DNA of 64,000 nucleotides from Candidatus Poribacteria bacterium (GTDB lineage Bacteria; Poribacteria; WGA-4E; WGA-3G): NCBI GenBank assembly GCA_965214095.1, contig OZ243938.1, positions 3,104,001 to 3,168,000 of the forward strand, read 5' to 3'. Shown piece by piece: positions 61,972 to 64,000 of this stretch (position 1 is its first letter; each line of letters starts with the position of its first letter). The notes under the pieces were generated by a model. It saw only the letters and a program-made list of their open reading frames with translations, ran no database searches and was not told where the DNA came from. The position numbers and the translations under genes were made by a program.

Positions 61972-62244
61972 TTAATTTGACAGGATAGTTTCAACTTCAG
62001 CGTGTGGTCGTGGGATCACATGCACAGAAACAACTTCACCAACGCGTGCAGCAGCTTCTGCCCCAACATCAGTTGCCGCTTTCACAGCACCGACATCCCC
62101 GCGTACCATCACTGTAACGAATCCACCACCGACTTGTTCGTAACCGACGAGTCGCACATTTGCAGCTTTAACCATAGCATCCGCTGCTTCAATACTGCCA
62201 ACTAAACCTCTCGTTTCAACTAAGCCCAATGCTTCTCCAGTCAT
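61972..62244 (-). CDS. BMC-H shell protein (EutM/PduA-like)
   Basis: [26 protein letters not shown]...[11 protein letters not shown]...HVIPRPH. Confidence 0.96.
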   Translation of the reverse strand: MTGEALGLVETRGLVGSIEAADAMVKAANVRLVGYEQVGGGFVTVMVRGDVGAVKAATDVGAEAAARVGEVVSVHVIPRPHAEVETILSN

Positions 62245-62290
62245 ATTGATACCTATGTCCTCCTATTGTTAGACTGTTTGCAAACTATAT

Positions 62291-63193
62291 TTAAAGTATA
62301 TCAGAAATTCCTGTTTTTTTCAAGTAAAATTCAGCGAATAGTTGATAAATCCTTTCAACATCATTTTCCGCTTTGCTAATATCGTTTTCTTTCTTAAATA
62401 TCTCTGCACGCCAGAGTAAGATTGGTATGAGGGCATGTTCCTCATTACCCCAATTCTGAATTGCATCTGTTAATAAAGCAGCAGCTTGGGAATAATCGGA
62501 TTCTTGGAATTTTGGCTGCTCTAAATACCCATAAACATCTCCTCGACTGAAATAAGCAATAGCATATTTCGGTTGCAATTCTATAGATCTATTGAAGTCA
62601 TCTAAAGCAAGTTCAAGTGTTTCTTTCTTCTTGTCTGAATGTAGATGTTTTTCAAAGTATGCTCTACCACGGTTGTAGTAGGCAATCGCAGTCGGACGGT
62701 GCTCCACAACTTCTGAATAATCACTAATCGCACCATCAAAATTACCTGTTTTCAGATAACATCTACCCCGTTTTGATAGGACACCAGCATTTTTACTTCT
62801 TTTGATTGATGCAGTATAATCCGAGATCGCATTAGAGACATCATTTAAGGAGCGATGAACATCACCACGGCTTGCATAAGCATCTGCAGTATATTGCTTA
62901 AGCATTATTGTCTGTGTAAAATCAGAAATCGCTTCTTTATATTGTGCTAAGTGGTAGTAAGCCAAACCACGATTAATATAGGCTTCTGCATATTTGGGTT
63001 CAATCTCTATTGCTTGTGTCATTGCAGATATGGATTGGTAGAGTTTTCCATGCTTTAGTAATTGTGTGCCCTTGGTTAGGTGGTTTGCTGCGTTTTCGTC
63101 AACTCCTCTCAATTTATCCCATGTAACGAAGCGCGAGGCAAGAATAACGGTTAAAATCAGGATAGGAGTCATTATGTAAAACAACGCACGCAT
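62291..63193 (-). CDS. Membrane-anchored TPR protein
   Basis: N-terminal TM segment and repeated AYxNRG...AIxDY units. Confidence 0.9.
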   Translation of the reverse strand: MRALFYIMTPILILTVILASRFVTWDKLRGVDENAANHLTKGTQLLKHGKLYQSISAMTQAIEIEPKYAEAYINRGLAYYHLAQYKEAISDFTQTIMLKQYTADAYASRGDVHRSLNDVSNAISDYTASIKRSKNAGVLSKRGRCYLKTGNFDGAISDYSEVVEHRPTAIAYYNRGRAYFEKHLHSDKKKETLELALDDFNRSIELQPKYAIAYFSRGDVYGYLEQPKFQESDYSQAAALLTDAIQNWGNEEHALIPILLWRAEIFKKENDISKAENDVERIYQLFAEFYLKKTGISDIL

Positions 63194-63210
63194 ACAACGA
63201 CACTCTCAGG

Positions 63211-64000
63211 CTATTCTGGATAGAGACGGTGAATGTTAACACCTAATTGGAGTTCATCAACTGAGGAATATGTTTTGGCTAAATCTATTTCGATATAGGT
63301 TTGTTGACCACGAAGACCACCATAACCTGTGGTGAAGATGAGTTGCTTACCACCGAGTCGTGCCACTCCATCCTTAATGTTTTTCTCTGGAAAATAACCG
63401 ATAGGGGTGTGCCCAACAATGAGAAATTTACCATTGAGTGCATCCAAAAAACCAGCGGTGTGTTTCTCTGAGTATCTTCCCCCAAGAACTGCATCGGGTC
63501 TGTCCCATAACATCTCATCAAGTGTGGTAGAACTTGGAGAGGTGATGTCTGCTAAACTCCTAATGGAACGTGCCGGTCCCGCGTGGACAGCAACCAATCC
63601 ATTTTTGCCCACAATTACTGTCGGAAGATTAATAAGGAAATCGTAATGTTCATCTGTCATTCGTTCAATGAAATTGAATTGTCTATAGAAACTACCGTTG
63701 ATACCGTTGTATAATACCTTAATAAAAGACTCACGATTTTGATCTGTCATTCCGTTTCTTTTCATCAAAGCGTAAGCATCAGCCGCAGCCAATTCGTGGT
63801 TTCCTCTCATATAGATGAATCTTTTCCCTTTATCTCCCAGTTGTTTCTGCAATTCCATTACGCGGTCAACTATCTGTATGTCTCCGTAAGGTGGTTTTGG
63901 ATGTTCATCAGGTTTGTAGTCAATGGAGTCACCGAGCATTATCGCGTAGACATCCTCGCCTTCTTCTATCCGTTCAACAAGTCGGGTCCGTTTCAACCAC
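63211..64000 (-). CDS. Calcineurin-like metallophosphoesterase (5' end beyond the window)
   Basis: LGDSID, RGNHE, VHAG and VGHTP. The frame is open to the window edge. Confidence 0.85.
   Translation of the reverse strand, partial: WLKRTRLVERIEEGEDVYAIMLGDSIDYKPDEHPKPPYGDIQIVDRVMELQKQLGDKGKRFIYMRGNHELAAADAYALMKRNGMTDQNRESFIKVLYNGINGSFYRQFNFIERMTDEHYDFLINLPTVIVGKNGLVAVHAGPARSIRSLADITSPSSTTLDEMLWDRPDAVLGGRYSEKHTAGFLDALNGKFLIVGHTPIGYFPEKNIKDGVARLGGKQLIFTTGYGGLRGQQTYIEIDLAKTYSSVDELQLGVNIHRLYPE

Overview
Gene-dense, moderately AT-rich bacterial chromosome segment, truncated at both ends (ribBA on the left, a metallophosphoesterase on the right). Gene content suggests Candidatus Poribacteria or a similar PVC/FCB-adjacent diderm lineage: WD40, TPR and HEAT repeat proteins, a sulfatase, tandem Gfo/Idh/MocA genes, and a BMC shell gene with PduL. 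This assignment is an inference only. Housekeeping genes are ribD-ribE-ribBA, hemW, eno-ftsB, korAB, a variant Ccm cytochrome c maturation cluster, moxR, rpsA, metK-ahcY-pfkB, lpdA and gltB. The main second-look items are: (1) a HigB-type toxin coupled to a protein in which a duplicated HigA-like toxin-binding segment, with no HTH, is fused to nine TPR repeats; (2) a TonB-less ExbB-ExbD-ExbD motor whose ExbB carries an extra periplasmic domain, next to a 1110-aa lipoprotein with Ca-binding-type loops and a C-terminal beta-signal; (3) two ~425-bp non-coding IS200/IS605-type mini-elements with shared ends, a covarying omega/reRNA-like hairpin and unrelated interiors; (4) a peroxiredoxin-like gene missed by the ORF track, with an in-frame UGA (probable selenocysteine, UxxS motif); (5) a three-gene satellite microcompartment locus. 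Several GTAG-type REP families, a MITE-like inverted repeat and a frameshifted STAS-like pseudogene are also present. No rRNA, tRNA or CRISPR array was recognised. All family assignments come from motif recognition by eye, not from database searches.
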